64,000 nucleotides of DNA from Ignavibacteria bacterium (GCA_016873895.1 VGVV01000001.1:287286-351285); one strand, 5' to 3'. Positions 9,877 to 19,962 are shown, counted from the stretch's first letter. Notes: generated from the letters alone by a model not told the origin. Numbers and translations: made by a program.

Positions 9877-10761
9877 TCACTGCGCGCTAGCTAGCGCCTC
9901 CGCACCCCCAACAATTTCCAACATTTCTGTTGTAATCGCTGCTTGGCGTTCACGGTTATAAACAAGCTGCAGGGCGGTAATCAGTTCACGTGCGTTTGTC
10001 GTGGCATTTTCCATCGCCATACGACGGGCCGCATTTTCTGCTGCATTTGAATCAAGCAGGCCAGTCCAAATCTGCAGTTTGATATACATCGGAAGCAACG
10101 TGTTGAGTATCTCTCCCTGCGTAGGCTCATAGATGTAATCAACGTTGGAAGATGTTGACGCATCATTTGTGGTTGGAACGATCGGAAGAAGCTGCGTTGT
10201 GCGAACTTCCTGACGCATCACATTAACAAACTGGTTGCCAATGATCTCAACGTGATCGTAAACTCCACCAAGAAAACCATCTGTAACGATGTCTGCAATT
10301 TCTATTGCTGTAGAGTAATCAAGTTTTCCAAAGACATCGTTAAACTCTCGCACAACAGCGTCGGTACCCTTACGCGCTGCTGCAACAGACCTCTTGCCAA
10401 CTGGTACGAGGTGTATCTGTGCCTTAGGGTACGCTGCCTTAAGCTCGGCAATGCGAGTGGATACAACACGAAGCATGTTTGTATTAAATGCCCCACACAA
10501 GCCACGATCCGAGCTGATAGCTACTATGGCAACATTGTTAATGCTCTTGCGTTGCTCAAAGAAAGGGTGCACATAATCGGCGTCGGCAGACGATAGATTC
10601 CCGAGGATCTTTTGCACTTGATTAGCAAAGGGGCGAGCAGCAGTGATGGCATCTTGGGCACGACGTAACTTCGCCGTAGCCACCATGCTCATAGCCTGGG
10701 TAATCTTCGATGTGTTTTTAACCGATGTTATTCGGTCACGTGTTTCGCGTAGCGTTGCCAT
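9877..10761 (-). CDS. atpG: F0F1 ATP synthase subunit gamma
   Basis: N-terminus MATLRETRDRITSVKNTSKITQAMSMVATAKLRRAQ and a conserved C-terminal helix. 294 aa. Confidence 0.95.
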   Translation of the reverse strand: MATLRETRDRITSVKNTSKITQAMSMVATAKLRRAQDAITAARPFANQVQKILGNLSSADADYVHPFFEQRKSINNVAIVAISSDRGLCGAFNTNMLRVVSTRIAELKAAYPKAQIHLVPVGKRSVAAARKGTDAVVREFNDVFGKLDYSTAIEIADIVTDGFLGGVYDHVEIIGNQFVNVMRQEVRTTQLLPIVPTTNDASTSSNVDYIYEPTQGEILNTLLPMYIKLQIWTGLLDSNAAENAARRMAMENATTNARELITALQLVYNRERQAAITTEMLEIVGGAEALASAQ

Positions 10762-10789
10762 CGTGCTTTCCGACTCTAAGCAATGAGAT

Positions 10790-11749
10790 TCAACAATATG
10801 GCCACTCTTGTGTGAGATAGCCGTTTACATAGTCAGCAATTGTATTCTCGAGTTCTTCGAACGTGAATTCCGGCAACAATCGACGGAACGTTGCCATGTC
10901 TGCTTGCGTGTTGTTTTGATACTGCTTCGCCAACGACTCCGGCATATCAACATAGGTGATCGAAGCGCTTCGACCCATCGCAGAAAACACCGCGTTCATG
11001 AGGTCGTTCCATGTGCGAGCTTTGCCTGTTCCTACGTTCACAATCCCGCTGAGTGTTGGGTTGTTGAGCAGCTCTATCATAACGCTGCAGACATCCTTCA
11101 CATAAACAAAGTCTCGCATCTGCCCACCATCTGCATAGGCTGGATCGTTGCTCTTGAAAAGCGTCACCGAGCCAGTAGCCAGGATTTGAGGAACAGCTTT
11201 GGAAACAAGGCTTGCCATCGAACCCTTGTGGTACTCATTCGGGCCAAACACATTAAAGAACTTAAGCCCTGCACAGGCCCCTTCCATGCCCTCGCTTCGA
11301 ATCCACTGATCAAAAAGATGCTTGGAATAGCCATACATATTCAGCGGACGCAAATCCGTTTCCGTGTCTGCATACCCGCGGCTGCCGCTTCCATAGGTAG
11401 CAGCACTGCTGGCATAGATAAACCGAGCGTTATTCTCGAATGCGAACTGAGCTACGTCAACGCTGTACTGGTAATTGTTGTCGTAGAGGTAATCAGCATT
11501 TGTCTCCGTTGTTGCCGAACAGGCTCCCATATGGATAACTGCATCTGCATCTTCGATTTCGCCGATAGCCATGAGCTCTCGAAAATCTTCCTTGCTAACG
11601 ATGTCAATGTACGTTTTACCAACTAGGTTCTTCCACTTCGTGCCAGAACCCAGTGAATCAACAATCAGCACATCTGTTCTGCCGATGGCATTTAATCGAG
11701 CAAGCATGCAGCTGCCGATAAACCCTGCTCCACCGGTCAGAATGATCAT
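10790..11749 (-). CDS. hldD: ADP-L-glycero-D-manno-heptose 6-epimerase
   Basis: NAD-binding MIILTGGAGFIGS, the NNYQYS motif, ASSAATYG and KGSMAS. These are collinear with E. coli HldD/RfaD over the full 319 aa. Confidence 0.9.
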   Translation of the reverse strand: MIILTGGAGFIGSCMLARLNAIGRTDVLIVDSLGSGTKWKNLVGKTYIDIVSKEDFRELMAIGEIEDADAVIHMGACSATTETNADYLYDNNYQYSVDVAQFAFENNARFIYASSAATYGSGSRGYADTETDLRPLNMYGYSKHLFDQWIRSEGMEGACAGLKFFNVFGPNEYHKGSMASLVSKAVPQILATGSVTLFKSNDPAYADGGQMRDFVYVKDVCSVMIELLNNPTLSGIVNVGTGKARTWNDLMNAVFSAMGRSASITYVDMPESLAKQYQNNTQADMATFRRLLPEFTFEELENTIADYVNGYLTQEWPYC

Positions 11750-11758
11750 GGTTCGTCC

Positions 11759-13309
11759 TTACACTGTTGTTGCAAAGCGCTCAGTGAAGCTCGTTAGAGC
11801 GGCATTGAGTTTTGCTAGCACATCGTCTGTTAGAGCCTTGTGTACGCGCAAATCGTTGATGATGTCTGCCTGATTTGCATGAACAAAGTCCAACAGCTCA
11901 GACTCATAACGCTTGATGCTTTCAACAGGTAGCTCGTCCATGTAGCCATTCGACGCAGCATAGATTACAACAACCTGATCTTCTACTGTTACTGGCGAGT
12001 ACTGAGGCTGTTTCATCACTTCGAGAAGGCGAGCGCCACGACGAAGCTGCTGTTGTGTTGTCTTGTCAAGATCCGATCCAAAACGAGCAAATGCCTCGAG
12101 AGCACGGAACTGAGCAAGGTCGAGCTTCAACGGCCCCGCAACCTTTTTCATAGCCTTGATTTGAGCATTACCACCCACACGAGATACAGAGATGCCAACG
12201 TTCAGAGCAGGACGTACGCCAGCGTTGAACAAGCTTGGCTCGAGATAAATCTGACCATCAGTAATGGAGATAACGTTCGTTGGGATATACGCAGATACGT
12301 CCCCTGCTTGTGTCTCAATAACTGGCAACGCGGTTAGAGATCCACCGCCAAGGTTGTCGCTAAGCTTTGCTGCGCGTTCTAGAAGGCGGCTGTGGAGATA
12401 AAATACGTCTCCAGGATATGCTTCACGTCCTGGTGGACGGCGAAGTAGCAGCGATACCTGGCGATATGCGGCGGCCTGCTTTGACAAGTCATCATAAATC
12501 ACCAATGCATGACGTCCGTTATCACGGAAGTACTCACCCATCGAGCAACCGCTATACGGTGCAACGAACTGCAACGGAGCTGGGTCTGAAGCAGTTGCAG
12601 CCACAACAGTTGTGTACTCCATAGCCCCGTACTTTTCAAGCGTTGCAACAACATTGGCAACGGTCGAGCCCTTCTGACCGATAGCAACGTACACGCAATA
12701 CACAGGCTTGATGCCCTGCTCATGTGCTTCTTTGGTGTGCGTGTACTTCTGGTTGATGATTGCATCGAGTGCAACAGTTGTCTTACCTGTTTGACGGTCT
12801 CCAATGATCAGCTCGCGCTGTCCGCGACCGATAGGGATCAGAGCATCGATCGCCTTGATACCCGTTTGAAGGGGCTCGGTAACCGGCTGGCGATCGATCA
12901 CACCGAGTGCTTTACGCTCGATCGGATAGAATGCGGATTCTTTAATCGGCCCCTTACCATCCATTGGGCGCCCAAGTGGGTCTACCACGCGGCCCACGAG
13001 GCCATCGCCGACAGGAACCGAAGCGATGCGACCCGTACGGCGAACTTGATCGCCTTCCTTCACCAGCGAGTCGTCGCCGAAAAGAACTGCACCAACATTG
13101 TCTTCTTCAAGGTTGAGAACCATCCCGACAACGCCGTTCGGGAACTCAACAAGTTCAGAGGCCATCACATTTGTGAGACCATAGATACGAGCAACCCCGT
13201 CTCCTACCTGAAGCACAGTGCCAACTTCATATACATCTGTCTCCTTGTCGAATCCCGTTAACTGTCTACGGAGTATCGCGGAGATCTCATCTGGGCGAAC
13301 ATCAGCCAT
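11759..13309 (-). CDS. atpA: F0F1 ATP synthase subunit alpha
   Basis: P-loop GDRQTGKT and canonical alpha-subunit sequence throughout. 516 aa. Confidence 0.97.
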   Translation of the reverse strand: MADVRPDEISAILRRQLTGFDKETDVYEVGTVLQVGDGVARIYGLTNVMASELVEFPNGVVGMVLNLEEDNVGAVLFGDDSLVKEGDQVRRTGRIASVPVGDGLVGRVVDPLGRPMDGKGPIKESAFYPIERKALGVIDRQPVTEPLQTGIKAIDALIPIGRGQRELIIGDRQTGKTTVALDAIINQKYTHTKEAHEQGIKPVYCVYVAIGQKGSTVANVVATLEKYGAMEYTTVVAATASDPAPLQFVAPYSGCSMGEYFRDNGRHALVIYDDLSKQAAAYRQVSLLLRRPPGREAYPGDVFYLHSRLLERAAKLSDNLGGGSLTALPVIETQAGDVSAYIPTNVISITDGQIYLEPSLFNAGVRPALNVGISVSRVGGNAQIKAMKKVAGPLKLDLAQFRALEAFARFGSDLDKTTQQQLRRGARLLEVMKQPQYSPVTVEDQVVVIYAASNGYMDELPVESIKRYESELLDFVHANQADIINDLRVHKALTDDVLAKLNAALTSFTERFATTV

Positions 13310-13354
13310 TCTGCTAATTCCTTGAGTATTGTTTCATTTATCGTTGTTGGTGTT

Positions 13355-13894
13355 TTATGCCGAGGCAAGCTTGTGCTTCAGCACGTGTAGTTGATGTCGT
13401 AGTGAACCGTCCTGGATTTGATCACCAATGCGGATTACCGCGCCACCCATGATGGCAGGATCAACCCTGTATGATGCGACAACCTTCTTACCCAGTTTCT
13501 TTCCGATTGATGTCTCGAGCGCTGAACGCTGGCTTGCCTCTATCTCTACTGCAGATGTAACCTCGATACGCTCGATCTTCTCGATGCCGTCCACAAGGGA
13601 ACGAAACTGACCACTGATCTCGCGCCATAGATCCCCACGCCCCTTGTCGATAACAAGGTTGAAGAATTCAAGCATTTCAGGGGTAACAGTGCTTGCTAAT
13701 GCTTCCTGGAGAACAGCCTTCTTAACTCTGCTTTCGATAACGGGGCTACGCAGCATGGATCGCAGGTCTCGCGAAGCTTCTGCAGTTGAACGCAATGTTT
13801 CAACATCACGTGTAACGGCCTCGAGAATGTTTTTGTCGACGGCAACGCTCAGCAGTGCCTTAGCGTAACGTCGAGAAATCTTGAGTGTAGACAT
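13355..13894 (-). CDS. atpH: F0F1 ATP synthase subunit delta (OSCP)
   Basis: OSCP-like N-terminus (ISRRYAKALL) and its position between atpF and atpA. 179 aa. Confidence 0.9.
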   Translation of the reverse strand: MSTLKISRRYAKALLSVAVDKNILEAVTRDVETLRSTAEASRDLRSMLRSPVIESRVKKAVLQEALASTVTPEMLEFFNLVIDKGRGDLWREISGQFRSLVDGIEKIERIEVTSAVEIEASQRSALETSIGKKLGKKVVASYRVDPAIMGGAVIRIGDQIQDGSLRHQLHVLKHKLASA

Positions 13895-13900
13895 GGTGGT

Positions 13901-14395
13901 TTAGTTCTTTGAGAGTTCGTTCACGTAATCATCGACGATACGCTTGTGATCGTCGCCCTGCAGGTTGCGACCAAGCAGCTTTTCTGTCGCATCCACAACA
14001 AGCGTAGATACTTCCGCGCGCAGTGCTTTGATTGCATCATCCTTTTGACGCTCTATCTCGCGTTGAGCTTCGGTAAGCTTCTGCTGCTTCACGTGCTCTG
14101 CCTCTTCTGCTGCCTTGCGGATAATCGACTCGGCTTGCACACGACCCTCCTTGATAATCTCCATCGTTTCGCGCTGCGCCTTGGCAATGCGCTCCTGATT
14201 GTCCTTGATCAGCTCTTGTGCCTCTCGATTTGCATTTTCAGCTGCAGTAATCGCATCGCGTATGGATGCTTCACGCGCTGCGATACCATCGCGCATTGGC
14301 TTCCAGCCGAACTTGCCAATAATCAAGGCAAAGATTGAGAAATTGATAAGGGTCCAGATGACTAGACCGGGCTCGAACTGCAAAAATGCTGGCAT
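13901..14395 (-). CDS. atpF: F0F1 ATP synthase subunit b
   Basis: The start was moved to the internal ATG at 14395 (MPAFLQFEPGLVIWTLINF...). This gives a single TM helix followed by a long charged coiled coil. The ORF-track start at 14446 is probably an over-extension. Confidence 0.85.
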   Translation of the reverse strand: MPAFLQFEPGLVIWTLINFSIFALIIGKFGWKPMRDGIAAREASIRDAITAAENANREAQELIKDNQERIAKAQRETMEIIKEGRVQAESIIRKAAEEAEHVKQQKLTEAQREIERQKDDAIKALRAEVSTLVVDATEKLLGRNLQGDDHKRIVDDYVNELSKN

Positions 14396-14511
14396 TGAAG
14401 TCTTCCGTCGAAACGAGGTTGAAACACTGTCACTTACCGATAACATCGGTCTTCGAGAGTTGCACGCAACACCCGAAGACCGACCCTGCAGGCAGGATCG
14501 GGTGATTTACA

Positions 14512-14754
14512 TTACTGCTTAACAGCAAGAAGAATACATACAACGCCTGCCAAAAGCGCAACACCTTCGATAAGAGCTGCACCAATGATCATCGTTGTGC
14601 GGATATCTCCAGCGTTCTCTGGCTGACGGCTGCTCGCTTCAAGAGCTGCCGCTGCAAGACGACCGATACCGGTGCCTACACCAAATACTGTGATTCCGAG
14701 TCCGATGCCTGCTGAAAGCCAAGCAAAAGCAACTGATCCTATTTGTGCTTCCAT
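14512..14754 (-). CDS. atpE: F0F1 ATP synthase subunit c
   Basis: 80-aa proteolipid (MEAQIGSVAFAWLSAGIGLGITVFGVG ... IEGVALLAGVVCILL) with the conserved acidic residue in helix 2. The start was trimmed from the ORF-track 14865 to the ATG at 14754. Confidence 0.9.
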   Translation of the reverse strand: MEAQIGSVAFAWLSAGIGLGITVFGVGTGIGRLAAAALEASSRQPENAGDIRTTMIIGAALIEGVALLAGVVCILLAVKQ

Positions 14755-14815
14755 GTGATACCCTTCCAAATGAAGTAATTGTGAATAATGTGATTGATTC
14801 CGACGTAGTAAGCGA

Positions 14816-15916
14816 TTAATGTGATGCCGCATGGTCATGATGATGGTCGTGCGCGGCATGATCACCTAGCGCAAGACCAACGAACACTGCCGAGAGCATC
14901 GTAAAGATGTAGGCCTGCAAGAATGCAACAAGCAGTTCAAGCAGATAGATGAACACCGAGAACAATACGCTGATCGGTGCAACACCCCAACCAACAACCT
15001 CCCCCATTTCCTGCGCAAAGAAAAAGATCAGTCCAACAAGCGAGAGAAGAACGATGTGTCCGGCAGTCATGTTCGCAAACAAACGGATCATCAACGCAAA
15101 AGGCTTTGTGATGATACCAACAACTTCAATCGGCACCATGATTGGAGAGATATAAACAGGTGCCCCTCCCAAGAGGTGCTTAAACCATGAGCCCACTCCA
15201 GCATCCTTGAATGCTATGTAGTTCACTACCAACAGCGTTGTTGTAGCAAGTGCCATCGTTACCGGGAGAGCGCCTGTAGCTGCGTGAGCGCCCGGCAGCA
15301 GGGATATCAGGTTGAGCGTGAGAATAAAGAAAAACAGACTCAACATGTATGGCATCAGGCGCATTGCACGCTTATCAGTGCCAACATTGGGACGTACAAT
15401 CTGGTCGTGCACGTAAAGCACTACTGATTCGACCACATTCTGTATTCCACGAGGAGCGCTGATTGGGTTCTTCTTGTATCGACCGCGTGCTACAGCAAAG
15501 ACGATCGTCACAATGATCATCGCAATCCACTGATAGGCCACGAAGTTCGTAACCGAGAGGTCGAGCTTGGGTCCGGCAGGAGCGCCACCAGCATCCTGCA
15601 TCGTTGTACTCACTATATGGTGAGGAGCTGCCGGATGGTGCATTGTATACTCCCCCGACTCTTCCATCGCATGCAGATTGGGGTACACATGAAGCGAGTT
15701 ATACTGATCGACCAATACAACGGGCAGGATCTCGAACTTCCCAAAGAAGATATCCAATTCATGGTGGTCACCAAGCTTATCGAGCAGCTTGTTAAAGGTG
15801 AACTTGTCGGACGCTTCCGCAGTTGCTCCGTGAGCACCTGCAGCGTGCGCTGTGTCGTGGTGCGCCGCAGTTGCTGTCGTTGCTGAGTCGTGGTTTGCCG
15901 CTGGCTCTGTGCTCAT
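14816..15916 (-). CDS. atpB: F0F1 ATP synthase subunit a, with His-rich N- and C-terminal extensions.
   Basis: Conserved a-subunit helices (LRLFANMTAGHIVL with the essential Arg; QAYIFTMLSAVF). The N-terminal extension is about 110 aa and the tail reads DHAAHDHHHDHAASH. Confidence 0.9.
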   Translation of the reverse strand: MSTEPAANHDSATTATAAHHDTAHAAGAHGATAEASDKFTFNKLLDKLGDHHELDIFFGKFEILPVVLVDQYNSLHVYPNLHAMEESGEYTMHHPAAPHHIVSTTMQDAGGAPAGPKLDLSVTNFVAYQWIAMIIVTIVFAVARGRYKKNPISAPRGIQNVVESVVLYVHDQIVRPNVGTDKRAMRLMPYMLSLFFFILTLNLISLLPGAHAATGALPVTMALATTTLLVVNYIAFKDAGVGSWFKHLLGGAPVYISPIMVPIEVVGIITKPFALMIRLFANMTAGHIVLLSLVGLIFFFAQEMGEVVGWGVAPISVLFSVFIYLLELLVAFLQAYIFTMLSAVFVGLALGDHAAHDHHHDHAASH

Positions 15917-16281
15917 CCAATGAAACCTAATTCGTTAAATTCTTTTTTTTTATTCGGTCTCTTCACGTTCTGTAGCTGAAACTGCTTTTGCTTTTCCGTA
16001 GAGGAGTGAAAAAAAAACACCTCTACCATAAGGGTAACAAATGCAGAAATCGAAAACGTGAGTGCAAATACTAAATTATGCAGTTCAACCACAGCCAATC
16101 CTACGTATGCCAGTGCTACAACAATTACTCCGCGAGCTGCCAAACTCCCAAAAATCATTGCCATGAATACATTCATCTCTTTCGTAGATGCCTTCTTAGC
16201 AATCACGTAGCCAACGAGTGAGTTGGAGACGCTGATTGCTAACGCAATAATTACCGCTACGAATGGATTCTTAACATCCAC
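15913..16281 (-). CDS. atpI: ATP synthase protein I-like small membrane protein
   Basis: 122 aa, three or four TM segments. Lies immediately upstream of atpB and overlaps it by 4 nt. Confidence 0.65.
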   Translation of the reverse strand: MDVKNPFVAVIIALAISVSNSLVGYVIAKKASTKEMNVFMAMIFGSLAARGVIVVALAYVGLAVVELHNLVFALTFSISAFVTLMVEVFFFHSSTEKQKQFQLQNVKRPNKKKEFNELGFIG

Positions 16282-16287
16282 GTGTTG

Positions 16288-16539
16288 CTACTGCCTTCCG
16301 TTGTGTGTACCGTCTTCACGTTGAGAACTCTTCGCCAGACGCTGAACAGTTCGAAAAAACTGTGTCATCCCAACCACGCTGCCAAAAACTACTCCACTCA
16401 ACACTCCAACCGGCGAAGATCCAAGTTGTATGTCCGCCCAATATCCAACAGCTCCGCAAACAAGCACCGTACTGGCAAGCTGAACGCCTAAACTCAGATA
16501 CGGAGCAACCTGCTGCATGGCAGATGTTTTGGACTGCAC
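16288..16539 (-). CDS. atpZ: AtpZ/AtpI family small membrane protein (putative F0F1-ATPase subunit, ATPase_gene1 type).
   Basis: 83 aa, two TM segments (YLSLGVQLASTVLVCGAVGYWAD...). First gene of the atp cluster. Confidence 0.6.
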   Translation of the reverse strand: MQSKTSAMQQVAPYLSLGVQLASTVLVCGAVGYWADIQLGSSPVGVLSGVVFGSVVGMTQFFRTVQRLAKSSQREDGTHNGRQ

Positions 16540-16587
16540 GTGGGGTACCCCATCGAAAAAACGTGCGCAAAAATAGGTCGTAAGCGC

Positions 16588-17937
16588 TTAATAGCCCAAT
16601 TCACGAAGCGTATTGATAACAGCTTCGCCATAGATATTTACACTCTCGCCATACCAAGCGCCATCTGGAACAAATCGCAGTGCGCCGTATGTGGATGGAT
16701 CAAGGGGCTCAACAGCACTGGTAGCAATCAAACTGCGCTCGTCAGGACGGAACTCATTGTCATAGTCCGTAACGGCTATAGCGCACCCAAACTCCACAGG
16801 TGTTTTGATATCCACAGGGGCTTGCTGATACCCTAAAAGAGCGAACGGGATGCGAATCTTAACGATATAGCCACCACGACGCTTCGCAGAAACAACCCTA
16901 AGTTGTTTCTTGGCATTGAGTTGCGCTGGATCTAAGTCGTCCGTTGTCTTGATAAAGACCTTTGGCAAGTTGTCTCCAAAATCACCAAGTCGTATGGAAA
17001 ACGTATACAGGCCAGAGTCTGAAGTTCGTCGCAGCACTACGTCGTCTTTGTCGATACTCTCGATATACCGTGACCTCTGCTGCTCCTGTTGAGGGAAAAC
17101 ATCAAACAACAATTCAACCTGATCTGCTATACAGGTATCGCACCAACCGGTTACAATGTTTGAGTCTCTGACATGTATACGAGCATACAAATAGTCGTCG
17201 TCGTAAACCATTCTGGCTGTAAAGGAGGCATCCGACTCGCCCGACCACCAGTAAGCTCCCTCAGGAACATAATCTGTACTTTGCACCAACACTTCGGGCA
17301 CATAGCCGGCATAGACTTGTCTGCTTCTGCTGTAACAGGGAATCGTGAGAAACTCCGTGGAGAAGATTTCCTCGTCTCTCTTGTTGGCTAGCTTCTCACG
17401 TGTAATCAAACTCTGAAACGACCGAAAGCTCTCGTGTTGCAATCCCTCGATCCTATCGCTCACAAATTCATCAACAAGAACAACAGCCCCCTCTGTAAAG
17501 CGGTATCCACGAATTGTCCAGTCCTCCGCTTTGCGTTTTCGTGTAACGTAACACGCAACATCCTTGATCACTACTCCTACCTCAAGAGGCAACTCAACGT
17601 ATTGGAACGGCATCCGAGATACGGGCACGAGATACCCCTCCACATCTGCAAACATGTATACAATGCATTCACGCTTGCGATTGCCGAGTACCTGGACAGA
17701 CAAAGCCAAGTCATAGTATCCATCACCACTAAAATCACCTACATCCCAGCCCCAGATCCTATAGCTGGATCCTTGTGGCATAGCCATACGTACGTCGCCC
17801 AGCAAATCCTCTGCAAAGTAGGGGTCTGCCCTGCGCGTGAACTCGTCAAAGTCCATCCCTGCCTGGGCCTGCATACCAGACGGACACACGAAAACACACA
17901 CTGCAACAGCAGCAATTATGCGGACAAGAGTTTTCAC
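16588..17937 (-). CDS. Hypothetical secreted protein, about 449 aa.
   Basis: The upstream 69 codons of the ORF-track frame overlap the neighbouring kinase gene. An in-frame GTG at 17937 gives MKTLVRIIAAVAVCVFVCPSG, which is a signal peptide. No catalytic motifs. Confidence 0.6.
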   Translation of the reverse strand: MKTLVRIIAAVAVCVFVCPSGMQAQAGMDFDEFTRRADPYFAEDLLGDVRMAMPQGSSYRIWGWDVGDFSGDGYYDLALSVQVLGNRKRECIVYMFADVEGYLVPVSRMPFQYVELPLEVGVVIKDVACYVTRKRKAEDWTIRGYRFTEGAVVLVDEFVSDRIEGLQHESFRSFQSLITREKLANKRDEEIFSTEFLTIPCYSRSRQVYAGYVPEVLVQSTDYVPEGAYWWSGESDASFTARMVYDDDYLYARIHVRDSNIVTGWCDTCIADQVELLFDVFPQQEQQRSRYIESIDKDDVVLRRTSDSGLYTFSIRLGDFGDNLPKVFIKTTDDLDPAQLNAKKQLRVVSAKRRGGYIVKIRIPFALLGYQQAPVDIKTPVEFGCAIAVTDYDNEFRPDERSLIATSAVEPLDPSTYGALRFVPDGAWYGESVNIYGEAVINTLRELGY

Positions 17938-17944
17938 AAGGGGC

Positions 17945-18943
17945 TTACTTGGCAGCAGCAGAATCCAATATCGTATCACGAACTTCAATGTGGCTAGCCT
18001 TAAGGCGAGCACCAAACTGCGCAACAACCTGTGCTGAGGCATATGATGCAAGCCTAGCTGCATGCTCTGGGTGATGTCCATGAAGTACACCATACAAAAA
18101 TGCTCCAGCATACATATCACCTGCACCCGTTGCATCCACGGCATCTACTGCATAGGCCGGAACACTTGCCTCGATTCCATTCCATGCAACCCGGGATCCC
18201 TGCGGCCCCTTGGTAACAACAACATGAGAAAAATCAGAGGCGAGCTTACGGAATGCTTCATCAGCATGGTGCTCTTGCGTTAGTGCCGAGGCCTCGCGCT
18301 CGTTTGCAAATACGAGATCAGTGCGCTTCAATACATCACGCAGCTTGTCGCCAAAGACATCTACAATAAACCCATCAGAACAACTTACCGCCACATTGGT
18401 ATGGTGCTTCTTCGCATAAAACAGCGCCATATCTACAGCTTCGGTGCCATTGTCATCGGTTAGCTTATAGCCCTCGATATAGAGCCATTGACTCTGGGCA
18501 ATGAGATCTTCCTGAACATGATCCCGACTGAAGTGTTGATTCACTGCCAGCGTTGTATTAAGTGTACGCTCACTATCCGCAGTGATGAGCACCAAACAGG
18601 ACCCGGTTGCTGCACCAGGTACAACCTCTGCGGAGAGAACAATGCCCATGTCTCGAAACTCTGATGCGTAGAACTCACCATAGTGATCAGCACCGAGAAT
18701 GGACTTGTATGCAGCTTGACCTCCAAACTGCGCAAAGGCAATAACAGTGTTGGCAGCCGAGCCGCCACTGCATCGATGCGCATCTCGCGATCCTAGAGCA
18801 CGGATCATCTCGTGCTGCCTCTCTGCATCCGTAAGGGTCATAGCCCCCTTATCAACACCGAATGATTTCAGCTCGTCTTCGGTTACTTTGTACTCTATGT
18901 CCACAAGAGCGTTGCCAAGACCCGTTAGCAGGATTCGTTTCAT
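17945..18943 (-). CDS. PfkB-family carbohydrate/nucleoside kinase (adenosine kinase-like).
   Basis: Ribokinase-fold motifs GLGNALVDIE, GGSAANT and the C-terminal DATGAGDMYAGAFLYG anion hole. 332 aa. Confidence 0.9.
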   Translation of the reverse strand: MKRILLTGLGNALVDIEYKVTEDELKSFGVDKGAMTLTDAERQHEMIRALGSRDAHRCSGGSAANTVIAFAQFGGQAAYKSILGADHYGEFYASEFRDMGIVLSAEVVPGAATGSCLVLITADSERTLNTTLAVNQHFSRDHVQEDLIAQSQWLYIEGYKLTDDNGTEAVDMALFYAKKHHTNVAVSCSDGFIVDVFGDKLRDVLKRTDLVFANEREASALTQEHHADEAFRKLASDFSHVVVTKGPQGSRVAWNGIEASVPAYAVDAVDATGAGDMYAGAFLYGVLHGHHPEHAARLASYASAQVVAQFGARLKASHIEVRDTILDSAAAK

Positions 18944-19962
18944 ATATCTATTCCCGACTCTCTCATGATTGTCTCACAAAGCTCTCCAAACTCAATACCC
19001 ATCTGGCGCGCGGCCATTGGCACGAGACTTGTCTCGGTAAACCCTGGAATCGTGTTTACCTCTAGGCATACCGGAATCATATCTTCTGTAAGTCGGAAGT
19101 CTACGCGGCTATATGCTCTGCAACCAAGCACCTGATGCGCAGCAACGGCTAGGTTCTTTACGTGCTCCTGCACTTCTTCGGTAAGATCTGCAGGACAGTG
19201 GTACTCCGTACGACCCTTTGTGTACTTGTTTTCAAAGTCGTAATAGCCGTCCTTTGGCTCGATCTCTATGATCGGCAAGGCCTGATCGCCCATTACCGGC
19301 ACGGTTAGCTCGCGTCCCGGAATGAAGCGTTCTATAAGGACTGTGGACGAAAATGAACCTGCTAGAGCCACAGCTAATGACAAATCATCATACGTAGGTG
19401 AGTGCAGAATGGTCATCCCCACGGTAGAACCCTGATCGTTTGGTTTTACCACTAGCCCACCCTTGATCTCCTCGATGATTGAATCCATCAACTCTACATC
19501 CGAGTATTGTTCAGGTGTAACCGTAACCCAAGCGGCCGTTGGAATTCCAGCTGTTTGAAACAGCATCTTTGATAGCCCCTTGTCCATGGCTGTAGCACTT
19601 GCCAACATCTGGCTACCCGTGTAGGGAATGCCACGCATATCTAGTAATGACTGCACGTAACCGTCTTCCCCGAACTGGCCATGCAGCAAAATGAATACTG
19701 CATCCACGTTATCGAGATGTGACGAGGTAATACATGCCAGCAACTGTTCAGGAGAAAACTGGGCCCTCTCCTCATCGGTAACTTCCCTTGGTGTTGCCGC
19801 ATGAAGCTCAACATCGGTAAGGGGCTCGCCTGCACCGCGATAGGGATCAAGTGCAATTACTGTGTGGCCTCGCTCACGCAATGCAAATACCGCTGCGCGG
19901 CCACTTAACAGTGATATATTTCTCTCGGGACTAAGTCCACCAAGGAGTACTGCAATCTTCAT
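18940..19962 (-). CDS. ddl: D-alanine--D-alanine ligase
   Basis: MKIAVLLGGLSPERNISLLSG N-terminus and ATP-grasp motifs. The start was set at the ATG at 19962, which shares 1 nt with the stop of the upstream gene. The ORF-track start at 20028 would overlap that gene by 67 nt. Confidence 0.85.
   Translation of the reverse strand: MKIAVLLGGLSPERNISLLSGRAAVFALRERGHTVIALDPYRGAGEPLTDVELHAATPREVTDEERAQFSPEQLLACITSSHLDNVDAVFILLHGQFGEDGYVQSLLDMRGIPYTGSQMLASATAMDKGLSKMLFQTAGIPTAAWVTVTPEQYSDVELMDSIIEEIKGGLVVKPNDQGSTVGMTILHSPTYDDLSLAVALAGSFSSTVLIERFIPGRELTVPVMGDQALPIIEIEPKDGYYDFENKYTKGRTEYHCPADLTEEVQEHVKNLAVAAHQVLGCRAYSRVDFRLTEDMIPVCLEVNTIPGFTETSLVPMAARQMGIEFGELCETIMRESGIDI

Noticed and set aside
10808-11626. 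272-aa ORF on the plus strand antisense to hldD.
   Set aside because: It lies entirely inside a confidently assigned gene on the other strand. It has a Cys/His/Arg-rich low-complexity translation typical of antisense frames of GC-balanced genes.
12722-13261. 179-aa ORF antisense to atpA.
   Set aside because: It lies inside the highly conserved atpA coding region and has no motifs. It is a shadow ORF.
16588-18144. The ORF-track N-terminal extension (69 codons) of the 16588 gene. Similar extensions occur at atpE (14865), atpF (14446), ddl (20028), pnp (57374), rpsO (57782) and nusA (63905).
   Set aside because: The track appears to call the most upstream ATG/GTG/TTG. These extensions overlap the neighbouring gene or lack family-typical N-termini. 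Internal starts with signal peptides or Shine-Dalgarno motifs fit better.
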